Shown here piece by piece: positions 10,851-20,165 of a stretch of 64,000 bases of DNA. The translations under genes were made by a program, and so were the position numbers. Each line of letters starts with the position of its first letter. The first letter of the stretch is position 1. The notes beneath the pieces are model-generated. The model was not told the origin of the DNA, did not search any database, and was given only the letters and a program-made list of their open reading frames with translations. The DNA comes from Chloroflexota bacterium (GTDB taxonomy: Bacteria > Chloroflexota > Limnocylindria > Limnocylindrales > CSP1-4): the NCBI GenBank assembly GCA_016191425.1, contig JACPOR010000036.1, positions 3,002-67,001 of the forward strand. The letters run 5' to 3'.

Positions 10851-10951
10851 GGCGGCGGCGCTCGATCAGGGCGGCGGCGCTCGATCAGGGCGGCCGTCGC
10901 GCATTCCATCGGCGGCGGCGCTCGATCAGGGCGGCCGTCGCGCATTCCATC
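10851..10951. repeat. Composite tandem repeat (20-bp GGCGGCGGCGCTCGATCAGG plus 21-bp GCGGCCGTCGCGCATTCCATC units)
   Basis: Direct reading. Confidence 0.85.
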
Positions 10952-11019
10952 GGCGTTCGCCGGCAGTGTCTGCGATGTCTACCGCCAGCTCCGCCCTGGA
11001 ACCGCGGCGCCGGCCCCAG

Positions 11020-11074
11020 TCAGCTGCCTACACCTCACTCAGCTGACTACCCTCGGTCAGCTGCCTACCCCTCG
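11020..11074. repeat. Tandem repeat, 18-19-bp unit TCAGCTGMCTACMCCTCR x3; the last unit contains the stop codon of the TPR gene
   Basis: Direct reading; the stop (CTA on the plus strand) is at 11065-11067. Confidence 0.85.
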
Positions 11075-11904
11075 TCGAGGTCGTCGTTCTCTTCGACGAA
11101 TGCCTCGTCGGTGGTGTCCTCGGGCGGCAGGACGCGATCGAGGTCGTCGATCCCCTCGTCCTCAATGTCATCCTCGAGGTCCTCCTCGAGCTCCTCGTCC
11201 TCGCGGACGAGGGTGCCCTTGGTGTAGGGTCGCAGGTCGGTGGACTTGGCCGCGGTCGGGAAACTCACCTTGCCGTAGTTGCGCGGATCCTGGTAGATCT
11301 CGCGGATGATGATCCGGACGTCGACCGCCCCGAGAGAGGTGACGCCCGCGGCGTACTTGTTGCCATCGGCGATCAACTTGAGCAGACGGGCGGCGACCCG
11401 TGGCTCCACGACGCCGATCCGGACACCGCTGCTGGTGGCAATCAGCCGATGGCCCTCGGACGTCAGCTCCACCGCGTCGCCCGGGTTCACCTGGGCGAGC
11501 GTTCGAGGATCCGGGAGTTCGACCAGGTAGGCAAAGCCGGTCTTGCCGGTTTCCTCGACGAAGATCCGGACCGAGGCCTTGCTCCCCTCCTGGGCTGGAA
11601 CGGTACGCTCGCCGGCCGCGACGAGGAGGGTCTTGAGGCGGTCGATATTGCGTTCGGCGATGCGGTTGGTCGGGTCGAGGGCCAGGGCGGCCTGGTAGTG
11701 CTCCCGGGCCTCGCCGAGCTCGCCCAGTTCCCACAGGGACTTTGCCAGGCGGTTCTCGGATTCCGCATCCGGACCCATCTCCAGCAGCCGCCGGTTTGTC
11801 TCGGCGGCCTCGGACCACTTGCCGGTCGCGGCGTGGCCGATCGCCTGCTCGGCGAGCTGCCGCTTGAGACGCGTGGCGGCGATGGGACTGGGCGCGGATT
11901 CCAT
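11065..11904 (-). CDS. TPR-repeat protein with a conserved central domain and a strongly acidic C-terminal tail
   Basis: The track ORF was trimmed to the ATG at 11904 (MESAPSPIAATRLKRQ); GTG 11919 is an alternative. TPR-like WSEAAETNRRLLEMGPD...GELGEAREHYQAALALDP. The tail is EDEELEEDLEDDIEDEGIDD. Confidence 0.7.
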   Translation of the reverse strand: MESAPSPIAATRLKRQLAEQAIGHAATGKWSEAAETNRRLLEMGPDAESENRLAKSLWELGELGEAREHYQAALALDPTNRIAERNIDRLKTLLVAAGERTVPAQEGSKASVRIFVEETGKTGFAYLVELPDPRTLAQVNPGDAVELTSEGHRLIATSSGVRIGVVEPRVAARLLKLIADGNKYAAGVTSLGAVDVRIIIREIYQDPRNYGKVSFPTAAKSTDLRPYTKGTLVREDEELEEDLEDDIEDEGIDDLDRVLPPEDTTDEAFVEENDDLDEG

Positions 11905-12148
11905 CTCGGGGAAGGTCACGAAGTCAGATCCTTTCGAACGATCAATGTCGGCGAACCGCCTCGGCGGGCGAGTGGTCAGGGTGAAGCGCGGGCCGGCCGA
12001 TGGCCGGTGGCGCTCTGAGAACAGCAAGACTTTGTAGCATCCGAACCGCGGACGGTCAAATGGTTGGGTATCTGCGTGTTGATGGGCTGCGATTCTGCGT
12101 GTTGATGCCCACGTATCCGCTGCCCCGGCTGGGTTTCTGGCCCAGGCC

Positions 12149-12370
12149 GGCTTCATGGCCAATGCTCGTGGCGGGAGCATTATCCGGTAGTCAGGGGGTA
12201 TACCGCCCTGCCGAGCCGGACCGCGCAGCCAGTGGCCGGCTGACCCGGCCCCCGGCCACGCACGAGACCCGGTCCGTAGCGGGGGAATCGGCGGGATCGC
12301 CGGGTCGGCCGGGTCGGCCGTGGTTGGCTACTTGCATAGTGCTCCGGGGGCGGTCATCGGCCAGGATTGC
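12149..12370. repeat. Inverted pair of ~45-bp repeat arms (12149-12190 and 12328-12370) around a 137-bp unique spacer, locus A
   Basis: Arm consensus read outward: CTACCSGNATAGTGCTCC-N5-7-GRKCAYYRGCCAGGAW. The same arrangement occurs at 19628-19837 and 36888-37105. Confidence 0.8.
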
Positions 12371-12411
12371 GGGGGGTTCGGCACGGAGAAGAGCCGGGGC
12401 AGGCGGTCGGA

Positions 12412-13266
12412 TCAGCTGCGGAGCCGGATGCTCCAGGCCACGACCAGCACCCCGAGGACCGCGAGAAGGACCGTTTCCCAGATCCACCGGGCGTCGCGGC
12501 GACGTGACGGTTCCCTGGCATGCACGGCGTCCCAGAGAAAGAAGACGAGGACGAGGAGGGCCGGACCGAGCAGGCGAGGGATCTCCATCGCCCTGAGCGC
12601 GGCAGCCGCGATCGCCACGAGCGCAGCGCTCGTGAGCGCGAACCAGGCGACGTCCCGGAGGTTCGACGACCGAAGCGCCGCCGCCCGATAGCCCAGCAGG
12701 AACGCCATGAAGGCGTCCGCGACGGCGAGCGCGGCGAGTTGCGCACCGGTCGGCGCCCCGAAGACGGAGCTTCCATCCGGAAACCCGGCGGGGACCAGCG
12801 CGGCCATGCCCGAGAAGCCCAGCAGGCCCACGATCAGCGCCTGCCCCACCACGGCCGTCCGGTCGGCGCTGGAAGGTCCGGAGGTGCTCGCGAGCAGGCG
12901 AGCCTCCGTTCCGATGACGCGGAGGAGCAGCCACGCCCCGATCATGATCGCCGGGACCAGCAGGATTCCTGCCGGTACCAGGCGGATGCTGCCGAAGATC
13001 GAGATGACGGTCGCGGCGGGCACCATGAGCGACTCCACGGGCACGCCGGGCCCTTCCGTCGCCGGCACGCCGTCGCCCAGCAGCTGGAGCGCGCCAAAGG
13101 CCACAGCAAACAGGAGGCAGGCCCCCACGATCCAGGCCGCCGGGCCGTCGACGAACCGGGAGAGCAGGACCACGACCATCGAGGCGGCCACGAGATCGCG
13201 CGATCCGCTGAGGGTGCTCATCGAATCGATGGTACGCGAGGGTTGACGCCCGGTCTCGATCGTCAT
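12412..13266 (-). CDS. Polytopic membrane protein of unknown function
   Basis: 284 aa with multiple hydrophobic helices. Its start overlaps the polX stop (ATGA), suggesting co-translation. Confidence 0.7.
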   Translation of the reverse strand: MTIETGRQPSRTIDSMSTLSGSRDLVAASMVVVLLSRFVDGPAAWIVGACLLFAVAFGALQLLGDGVPATEGPGVPVESLMVPAATVISIFGSIRLVPAGILLVPAIMIGAWLLLRVIGTEARLLASTSGPSSADRTAVVGQALIVGLLGFSGMAALVPAGFPDGSSVFGAPTGAQLAALAVADAFMAFLLGYRAAALRSSNLRDVAWFALTSAALVAIAAAALRAMEIPRLLGPALLVLVFFLWDAVHAREPSRRRDARWIWETVLLAVLGVLVVAWSIRLRS

Positions 13267-15143
13267 GACCGTACGACGCGGTCGTTCCGCCGCACGTAGT
13301 CAAGCAGGTCGGCCCGCGATCGCGTATTCATGACCGTGGCCGGCTCGACCCAGGCCCGACGCGCCTGGGAGACACCCCACGCGAGGTGATCGAATTCCTC
13401 GGTCCGATGCGCATCGGAGTCGACCGCCAGGAAGCATCCGATCGACATCGCGTGGCGGGCTCGCTCGACGGAGAGATCCAGGCGATGCGGTGAGCCGTTC
13501 ATCTCGAGCAGCGTGCCGGTCCGGGCAGCCTCGGCGTAGACGGCATCCCAGTCAAGATCGAGGTCATCGCGCTCGCCGAGCTTCCGGCCCGACGGGTGCC
13601 CGATGACATCGACATGCGGATTGCGAATCGCGCCGAGGACCCGCGCGGTCAGCTCTGCGCGGGACTGACGCCGCCCGACATGGAGAGACGCCACGACGAC
13701 GTCGAAGCGGCTGAGCAGGGTGTCGTCGTAGTCGAGTCGCCCGTCGGCGCGAATCTCCAGCTCACAGCCGTGCAGGAGACGGAAGCCCTCGGGCGACGTC
13801 TCCGCCGGCGCGGTACCCGCGTCCTCCTCCCGGGCGAAGCGTCGATTGAGCCCGGCGATCACCCGCGCCTGCCGGGCGACGCGCTCGGGCGTCAGGCCCC
13901 GGGCGATCGCCAGCGACATCGAATGGTCGGTCAGCACCTGGTACGCGTGGCCCCGGCGCCGGGCGGCCTCGGCCATGACCTCGATGGGCTGACTCCCGTC
14001 CGACCAGTCCGAGTGGGAATGCAGGTCGCCCCGCAGATCCCCGAGCTCGAGGAGTGTCGGCAGGGTCCCCGCGAGCGCGGCCTCGATCTCGCCGGTGTCC
14101 TCACGCAGCTCCGGGGCGATGAATGGCAGATCGAGGAAGGCGTAGAGCGCGGCCTCGGTCGGGAAGGTCCTGAGCTCCGCATCCGCCCCGGCCAGCACCG
14201 ATCCGCCGTCCGCGAGGCGCGCGAACCCCTTCTCGGAGAGGCTCCAGCCGCGGTCCCGGGCGCGTTCGCGCAAACGGACGTTGTGCGCCTTGGAGCCCGT
14301 GAAATGCACGAGGTAGGAACCGGCTGCGCCGGGGGCCATGCGCATCAGGTCGATCTGCGGACCGCCCGTCGCGCGGATGGCCGCTTTCTCGGGGCCCTGG
14401 TTGATCACGGCCTCGATCGCCGGCAGCGTCGTGAATCGTTCGATCACCGGTCCTGCGTCGGTGATCTCCACGAGCAGGTCGAGGTCGCCGATCGTCTCGC
14501 GGCGCCGGCGATACGAGCCTGCGGCCACGACCTGGGCGACACCCTCGACGGGCGCGAGGACCGCGATCACCCGGTCCACCACCGCGCGGGCATCGTGGAG
14601 GAGCAGGCGGTGATCCTTTGACCGGATACCCTCAATGCCCTCGAGGATCGCGGCCTCGGTGCGGGAGGACAGGCCGCGCAGGCCGCGTAGTCGGCCAGAT
14701 TGCGCGGCGGCCCGGAGCCCCTCGAGGTCCGCGATACCGAGCGTGGTCCAGAGCTGTCGCACCGTCTTCGGCCCGAGCCCCGGCACACCAAGAAGATCCA
14801 GCAGCGTCGCCGGGAACTCTGCCACGAGGTGCTCGTGATAGCGGAGGCGCCCGGTGCGCGCCAGTTCGGCCACCTTGTCGGCGATTGCCCGCCCGACACC
14901 CGGCAGGTCCGGCGGATGGCCATCGAGGTAGGCCTGGGCAACACCGACCGGCGCCCGCCCGATCGTGTCCGCGGCGCGGTGGTAGGCGACGGTTTTGAAT
15001 ACGAGTTCGCCCTTGATCTCGAGGAGGTCGCCGATCTCGTGGAAGATGCGGGCGAGCTCGGCGTTGGACGGCAGCTCCGCGTTGGACGGCAGCTCCGCGC
15101 CCGGAGGCAGCGCCGGAGATTCGGATTCGTCGGTGGCGGGCAC
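13263..15143 (-). CDS. polX: DNA polymerase X family protein with C-terminal PHP phosphoesterase domain
   Basis: HhH/PolX N-terminus FHEIGDLLEIKGE..FKTVAYHRAA, nucleotidyltransferase GSYRRRRETIGDLDLLV and PHP DLHSHSDWSDG...DSDAH. The N-terminus carries the ELPSNA x2 repeat. Confidence 0.9.
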   Translation of the reverse strand: MPATDESESPALPPGAELPSNAELPSNAELARIFHEIGDLLEIKGELVFKTVAYHRAADTIGRAPVGVAQAYLDGHPPDLPGVGRAIADKVAELARTGRLRYHEHLVAEFPATLLDLLGVPGLGPKTVRQLWTTLGIADLEGLRAAAQSGRLRGLRGLSSRTEAAILEGIEGIRSKDHRLLLHDARAVVDRVIAVLAPVEGVAQVVAAGSYRRRRETIGDLDLLVEITDAGPVIERFTTLPAIEAVINQGPEKAAIRATGGPQIDLMRMAPGAAGSYLVHFTGSKAHNVRLRERARDRGWSLSEKGFARLADGGSVLAGADAELRTFPTEAALYAFLDLPFIAPELREDTGEIEAALAGTLPTLLELGDLRGDLHSHSDWSDGSQPIEVMAEAARRRGHAYQVLTDHSMSLAIARGLTPERVARQARVIAGLNRRFAREEDAGTAPAETSPEGFRLLHGCELEIRADGRLDYDDTLLSRFDVVVASLHVGRRQSRAELTARVLGAIRNPHVDVIGHPSGRKLGERDDLDLDWDAVYAEAARTGTLLEMNGSPHRLDLSVERARHAMSIGCFLAVDSDAHRTEEFDHLAWGVSQARRAWVEPATVMNTRSRADLLDYVRRNDRVVRS

Positions 15144-15165
15144 GGCCCGATGGTAGCCCCGACGC

Positions 15166-15295
15166 CCTATCCGGGCCCTCAGGCGGTCCCGGGGCCGACG
15201 TCCTATCCGGGCCTTCAGGCGGTCCCGGGGCCGACGTCCTATCCGGGCCTTCAGGCGGTCCCGGGGCCGAGCCTATCCGGGCCCTCAGGCGGCGA
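15166..15295. repeat. Tandem repeat, 36-bp unit CCTATCCGGGCCYTCAGGCGGTCCCGGGGCCGACGT x3.8; the last unit holds the stop of the GGDEF gene
   Basis: Direct reading; the stop TCA (plus strand) is at 15285-15287, inside the last unit. Confidence 0.9.
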
Positions 15296-16904
15296 TCACC
15301 CGGTCGCGCCCCTCGCGCTTGGCCCTGAGGAGTGCCTGGTCGGCGCGCCCGATGATGGCCGGGATCGGCTCGTCGGCGCCGCGCGCGTTGGCCACGCCGA
15401 CCGAGACGCTGACACCGCGGACGCGGTGCTCGGAGAGGTCAAGGGCTCGGACGGCCGCGCAGACGCGCTGGCCGACCTCGAGTGCCACTTCGGGACCCGG
15501 GTTCCGCAGCAGGACGGCAAACTCCTCGCCACCAACGCGGGCCGGGACATCTTCTTCGCGGACGGCAGACACGATCGCCCTCGCCACCGCCTGGAGGACC
15601 ACATCGCCCACCGGGTGACCGTAGGTGTCGTTCAGCACCTTGAACCGGTCGATGTCCACCATCAGCACGGCAACGGCATCACCAGCTCGGCGGCGGCGGG
15701 CCAGGAGGCCGCAGAACTCGTCGAAGTAGCGGCGATTGGGCAGCCCGGTCAGGGGGTCGGTGCTGGCGTTGGCCGTTGCCTCCCGGAAGCTGTAGGCGCG
15801 CGCAAACGCGGCCGATGCCTCGACCGCCGCGGCGGAAAGCAGTCGTCGCGCTGGCACGTCCCAGGCCTCCCGGTCGCGACGTGAAACCACGATGGCCCCG
15901 ATCACGCCGTCATCGGTCTGGAGCGGCGCGGCCAGGGTGTGGCTGAGTCCGTACACCGCCCGGACGCGCTCGGCGATGCGCCCGGCGGCCAGTGCGGAGG
16001 CACCCGATCCGAGGACCTCGGCCCGGGCCGATCGAACGACTCCCCGCTCTGCGGATACGCGCGCCAGGCCGAAGTCCTCCATGAGCTCGGATGCCCAGGC
16101 CCCGGCACGGGACAACGGCGTCGGGATCCCGGGACGCTCGACCGGCGGTCCCAAGCGAAGACCCGACGCCGAGGGCTTCAACTGCGTCGTGTCGGCACGC
16201 GCCGCCCGGGTCGACCGCGGCCCGCTCCCGGGATCGGCAGCCGGATTGCGTCCAGCGGCTCCCACGACGGGATTGCGCCCAGCGGCCGTTCCCACGTCCG
16301 GATTGCGTCCAGCGGCCGTTCCCACGTCCGGATTGCGTCCAGCGGCCGTTCCCACGACCGGATTCTGTCCGGCGGCCGTTCCCACGACCGGAGATCCGAG
16401 ATCGGGGCCCATGGGAACCGGCACGAGCGAAGGGGAGGCAGTGAAGGTGAGATCCAGATCGCCGAGGGGCAGGACCGTGGTCGAATTGGGTACCCCGGCG
16501 CGACGGGTGACCAGGGTCGCCTCGAGCGGTCCGGATTCCGCCTGCCGGCGAGCGACCACCACATGATCGGCGCCCGTGCCTTCGGCCAGGTCGTCGACGA
16601 TCGCGCCGACGATGGCGTCGACGCTCACTGAGCGCGACAGGCCGCGCAGGATCCCGGCGAAGTTCTCCGCCTCCACCCGGCCACGAACCTCGAGATTCAC
16701 GACCGCGTTGCGATGGGCGATCGCCGCAATGGCCGCGATGGCGACCACGACGATGCTCGCCCAGGCGAACGGTTCGGACGACGTCAGGGCGCGGACCCCG
16801 CTGATCGCCGCAAGCACCAGGAAGGTCCCGGAGAGGAGCCACCACGTCCGACGGACCGAGCGGTCCTCGGGATCACGGCGGCGGCGAGGCTCCGTGGATC
16901 TCAC
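15285..16904 (-). CDS. Membrane-anchored GAF-GGDEF diguanylate cyclase with a decapeptide-repeat insertion
   Basis: GGDEF domain: LTGLPNRRYF...DIDRFKVLNDTYGHPVGD...GGEEFAVLL. TM helices near the N-terminus. Start set at GTG 16904 because the track start lies inside the upstream gene. There are 30-bp in-frame repeats at ~16240-16400. Confidence 0.8.
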   Translation of the reverse strand: MRSTEPRRRRDPEDRSVRRTWWLLSGTFLVLAAISGVRALTSSEPFAWASIVVVAIAAIAAIAHRNAVVNLEVRGRVEAENFAGILRGLSRSVSVDAIVGAIVDDLAEGTGADHVVVARRQAESGPLEATLVTRRAGVPNSTTVLPLGDLDLTFTASPSLVPVPMGPDLGSPVVGTAAGQNPVVGTAAGRNPDVGTAAGRNPDVGTAAGRNPVVGAAGRNPAADPGSGPRSTRAARADTTQLKPSASGLRLGPPVERPGIPTPLSRAGAWASELMEDFGLARVSAERGVVRSARAEVLGSGASALAAGRIAERVRAVYGLSHTLAAPLQTDDGVIGAIVVSRRDREAWDVPARRLLSAAAVEASAAFARAYSFREATANASTDPLTGLPNRRYFDEFCGLLARRRRAGDAVAVLMVDIDRFKVLNDTYGHPVGDVVLQAVARAIVSAVREEDVPARVGGEEFAVLLRNPGPEVALEVGQRVCAAVRALDLSEHRVRGVSVSVGVANARGADEPIPAIIGRADQALLRAKREGRDRVIAA

Positions 16905-17019
16905 GGGAAGGAAGCATGAGCCCACGGCCCTGCATCCGTCCAGTGGGGCCACGTGGTACTTCCGTACCGGGCCCGACCGGTACCTGACCGGTACCTGACC
17001 GGTATCTGATCGGCGCCAA

Positions 17020-19068
17020 TCAGCCGAGGGCGAGCGACTCCTGCCGTGGAACGTCGACATCGTTCGCCTGTGCCTCGATCTTGGCCGCGTACATCTGGGC
17101 GTCGGCTGCCTCGACCAGGTCGGTGGGCGTACGAACCTTGGGGCTGAGCGACGCCACGCCGATGGAGACGCTGATCGGCACGGGACCGCGCCCATCGGTC
17201 ATGACAGGCTGGCGGGCGAGGTGCTCGGCAATACGGCGCGCGACGGCCTGGGCCGCCTCCGGATCGGTATCCGGAAGGATGACGGCGAATTCGTCGCCGC
17301 CGTACCGCGCGGGAACATCCGAGGCCCGGAGCGTGGACTTGACGACGTCGGCGAGATGGACCAGGCAGCGATCCCCGAACTGATGGCCGAAGGTGTCGTT
17401 GACGAGCTTGAAGTCGTCGACATCGAGAATGACCAGGCTGAGCGGGCGCCGCCCGCGGCGGGCCCGAACGACCTCCTCGGCCATCCGCTCGTACAGGTAG
17501 CGGTGATTGAAGAAACCGGTGAGCGGGTCGCGATCGGCGAGCGACCTGGCGACCTCGTACAGGTGGGCGTTCTCGAGCGCCATGGCGGCCTCGTTGGCCA
17601 TCGTCCGGGCCGCCGCCAGCCGGGCTTCGTCGGTCGGGCCCAGATCCTTCGAGAAGAGCTCCAGGATCCCGACGGCCTGGCCCTTCGCGACCAGCGGGAT
17701 CATGACGAGGAGGCGATAGCCCTGCTCCCGGAGAAGCTCGATCTCGTGAGGGTCTGCCGACGGATCCTCGGAGTCGATGATCACGGTCGCCTGCTGCTCC
17801 AGCACGCGCCGCGTCTGCGGATAGTCGGCGAGTCCGTACTCGGGATGGTGCTCCACGATCCCTCGATCCGGGAACTCACCCTGGGAGATGATGACGTCGC
17901 GATCGCGATCCCACGAGCTGATCACGCTGGCGTCCATCTCGAGGGCTGCCGTGATGTGACGTGCGACGACAGCGCCGACCTGCTTCGGATCGAGCGTCAG
18001 GGAGAGCTCCTGGCTCATCTCGAGGAGGCGCCGAAGCTCTCGAGCCATGAACTCGGTCTCGCTGAGCAGGCGGGCCGATTCGAGGCCCGTCGCGGCCTGG
18101 TCCGCGAGGATCGAGAGCATCTGGAGATCATCATCATCGAACTGGTTGAAGCCGAGTTTCGAGAGGGTGATGACGCCGACCACCGCCCCGTCGTGGTGCA
18201 TCGGGACCACGAGCATCGATTCCGGCACGACCGGCGTGCCTTCGATCTGCACCCCGCGCGGATCGTCGTTCGCGTTCGGCACGTTGAGCGGACTGCCATG
18301 CAGGGCCACCCAGCCTGTAAAACCCTCGCCGACGCGGGTGCGCAGCACGCTCCAGTCAACGATCTCGTACTCACCGACCTTGCCTTCGAACGCAATCGGC
18401 AGGATCGATTCGTCCTGCTCGATGATGTAGACGCGAGCGTTGTGATAGTCGACGATCGCGCCGACCTCCTCCACGATCGCCCGACCGACAGCCTCGACCG
18501 TCGTCGCGCTGTTCATCCGCGCCGATGCTGCCTGTACGACAGCCATCCGGGCCGCCCGGGCCTCCAGACGGTCGAAGAGGTCCGCGTTTCGAAGAGCCAG
18601 ACCAGCGTGGCCGCCCAGCGCAGCCAGGATCTCGACATCGTCTTCCGACCAGTGCCGGGGTTCGCTCGTCGCGACCCCGAGCGTCCCGAGGAACCGTCCG
18701 GCGTGCGTCAGCGGGATCAGGACGTCGCCGCGGACGGAGAGCAGGCCGGCGAACCGGTCAGTCCACGCGCCGGGCGGCAGGAGCGAGGTGTCGTCACAGA
18801 CGAACGGCCGGCCCCTCGAGAGCACGCTGTCGATGAATGGATCGTGGACGGACATCCCCGGCAGGCGCTCCGCGGTCATCGGGTCGATCCCGGACGTCGC
18901 GACGATGTCGAGCGAGTCGGCGCTCTGGATCCGGAGGATGGCGTAGTCGGCGCCGGACAACTCGAGGGCCGCTTCGGTCACGAGCCGATGGAGGTTGGAT
19001 CGCTCGAAGGACGCGGCGAGCCGCTCCGCGGCGGCAATGAGCGCCCGATAGCGCGCCCGAACCGGCAT
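17020..19068 (-). CDS. Multi-GAF GGDEF diguanylate cyclase
   Basis: Start at ATG 19068, preceded by GGAGG. GAF-like segments, then LTGFFNHRYL...DVDDFKLVNDTFGHQFGD...GGDEFAVIL. Confidence 0.85.
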   Translation of the reverse strand: MPVRARYRALIAAAERLAASFERSNLHRLVTEAALELSGADYAILRIQSADSLDIVATSGIDPMTAERLPGMSVHDPFIDSVLSRGRPFVCDDTSLLPPGAWTDRFAGLLSVRGDVLIPLTHAGRFLGTLGVATSEPRHWSEDDVEILAALGGHAGLALRNADLFDRLEARAARMAVVQAASARMNSATTVEAVGRAIVEEVGAIVDYHNARVYIIEQDESILPIAFEGKVGEYEIVDWSVLRTRVGEGFTGWVALHGSPLNVPNANDDPRGVQIEGTPVVPESMLVVPMHHDGAVVGVITLSKLGFNQFDDDDLQMLSILADQAATGLESARLLSETEFMARELRRLLEMSQELSLTLDPKQVGAVVARHITAALEMDASVISSWDRDRDVIISQGEFPDRGIVEHHPEYGLADYPQTRRVLEQQATVIIDSEDPSADPHEIELLREQGYRLLVMIPLVAKGQAVGILELFSKDLGPTDEARLAAARTMANEAAMALENAHLYEVARSLADRDPLTGFFNHRYLYERMAEEVVRARRGRRPLSLVILDVDDFKLVNDTFGHQFGDRCLVHLADVVKSTLRASDVPARYGGDEFAVILPDTDPEAAQAVARRIAEHLARQPVMTDGRGPVPISVSIGVASLSPKVRTPTDLVEAADAQMYAAKIEAQANDVDVPRQESLALG

Positions 19069-19074
19069 GTCGAC

Positions 19075-19330
19075 CTCCGGACCGCCTCGCGCGTCCTCCC
19101 GCGCGGAAGGCGCGTCCGGCGCGGCAGGCACGTCCTGCAGGGAAGGCACGTCCCGCGGGGAAGGCGCGTCCGGCGCGGCAGGCACGTCGCGCGCCGCCGC
19201 CCGCGCCAAAGCCACGCCCCGCGCCGCCTCCCGCGTCGAAGGCGCGCCCCGCGCGTCCTCCCGCGCCGAAGGCACGTCCTGGGCGGAATTCACCTGGCGC
19301 GCCGAATTCACCTGCAGTTCAGGGCCTGTC
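19075..19330. repeat. Imperfect tandem repeats (units around GCGTCCTCCCGCGCSGAAGGCRCGTCC)
   Basis: Direct reading upstream of the GGDEF gene. This inflates the track ORF to 885 aa. Confidence 0.75.
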
Positions 19331-19627
19331 GATGATCCGGGATCCTCCTGGACGCGCACCACGCAAGAGTGGCAGCGGGTGGTGCGCCTGGTCAGCAATC
19401 GAAGGTCCCAGGATTCGCCGCCGAAGGTACCACTGGCATGAGCATCGATCGGCGCTGCCGGCGCGGGGCCAGGCCCGTGGCGCGGCCGGGCCCGTGCCGC
19501 GGCCTGATGGCGGGGCCGGGGGCCTGGGCGGGGCGTGTGCCAGGGCTGCGGGCCGGGGGTTGGGCCAGGGCCGGGGGTTGGGCCGGGGCCGGGGCCTGAT
19601 GCGAATACTGGTCCCACGACCCGCGTG

Positions 19628-19948
19628 ATCCTGGCTTGTGACCGCCCCCGGAGCACTATGCGGGTAGTCGGCCGCAATCGGCGGTCGCGAGCTGGGAGAT
19701 GGAGCAGATTCTCAGGTTTCGGCGAGGGAGCCGTGCACGGCTCAAGCCAATTCGAGCGCCGACCGGGTGCTCACAGGTGGCGCGACACCTCTACTACCCG
19801 GTTAGTGCTCCCCCCACGAGCATCTGCCTGGAAACCCGGGGCCGGACCGACCCCGTGCCAGGAAACCCCGGGCCGGTCGCGGTGGCCGGGGCCGAGCGGG
19901 GCCGCTACCCGGATGATGCTCCCCCCACGAGCATCTGCCAGGAAACCC
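19628..19948. repeat. Inverted pair of repeat arms (19628-19667, 19791-19837) around a 123-bp spacer, plus a third direct arm copy at 19905-19948, locus B
   Basis: Left arm rc CTACCCGCATAGTGCTCCGGGGGCGGTCACAAGCCAGGAT. Right arms CTACCCGGTTAGTGCTCCCCCCACGAGCATCTGCCTGGAAA and CTACCCGGATGATGCTCCCCCCACGAGCATCTGCCAGGAAA. Confidence 0.8.
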
Positions 19949-20063
19949 CGAGCGGGGCCCGGGCCGCGCCGGTGGCCGCTCCGATGGCCGCGGCCGTTCC
20001 CGCGCCCGGACCCCGGACCCACCCCGCGCAGACCGTCGAACCGACCCGAGGGTGCAGCCCGCG

Positions 20064-20093
20064 TTGACCGCGTCCACGGCGGGCGACTACACT
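20064..20093 (+). promoter_or_regulatory. Putative sigma-70-type promoter TTGACC-N18-TACACT upstream of the MgtE-like gene
   Basis: Hexamers read directly, about 70 nt upstream of ATG 20166. The CTACACTCG motif also precedes trpS. Confidence 0.4.
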
Positions 20094-20165
20094 CGCCGCG
20101 GTCTCGCGCGCCGCTTGCCCGACGTTCACAGGCACGCGCTCGGATCGCTCCCCGACGAGGTGGCC

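Noticed and set aside
12149-12370. Repeat arms as ordinary promoters (NATAGT as a -10 box)
   Set aside because: The arms point toward genes at some loci, but at others they point into convergent gene ends or a coding 3' tail. There is no consistent -35 box.
19791-19948. M-box (Mg2+) riboswitch upstream of the MgtE-like/NRMT pair, suggested by GGTTAGTGCTCC...ACGAGCATCTGCC
   Set aside because: The resemblance to the GUUAGGUGAGGCUCC start of the M-box is superficial, and the other conserved M-box blocks are absent. The same sequence is a dispersed repeat arm found at unrelated loci (12149, 37063).
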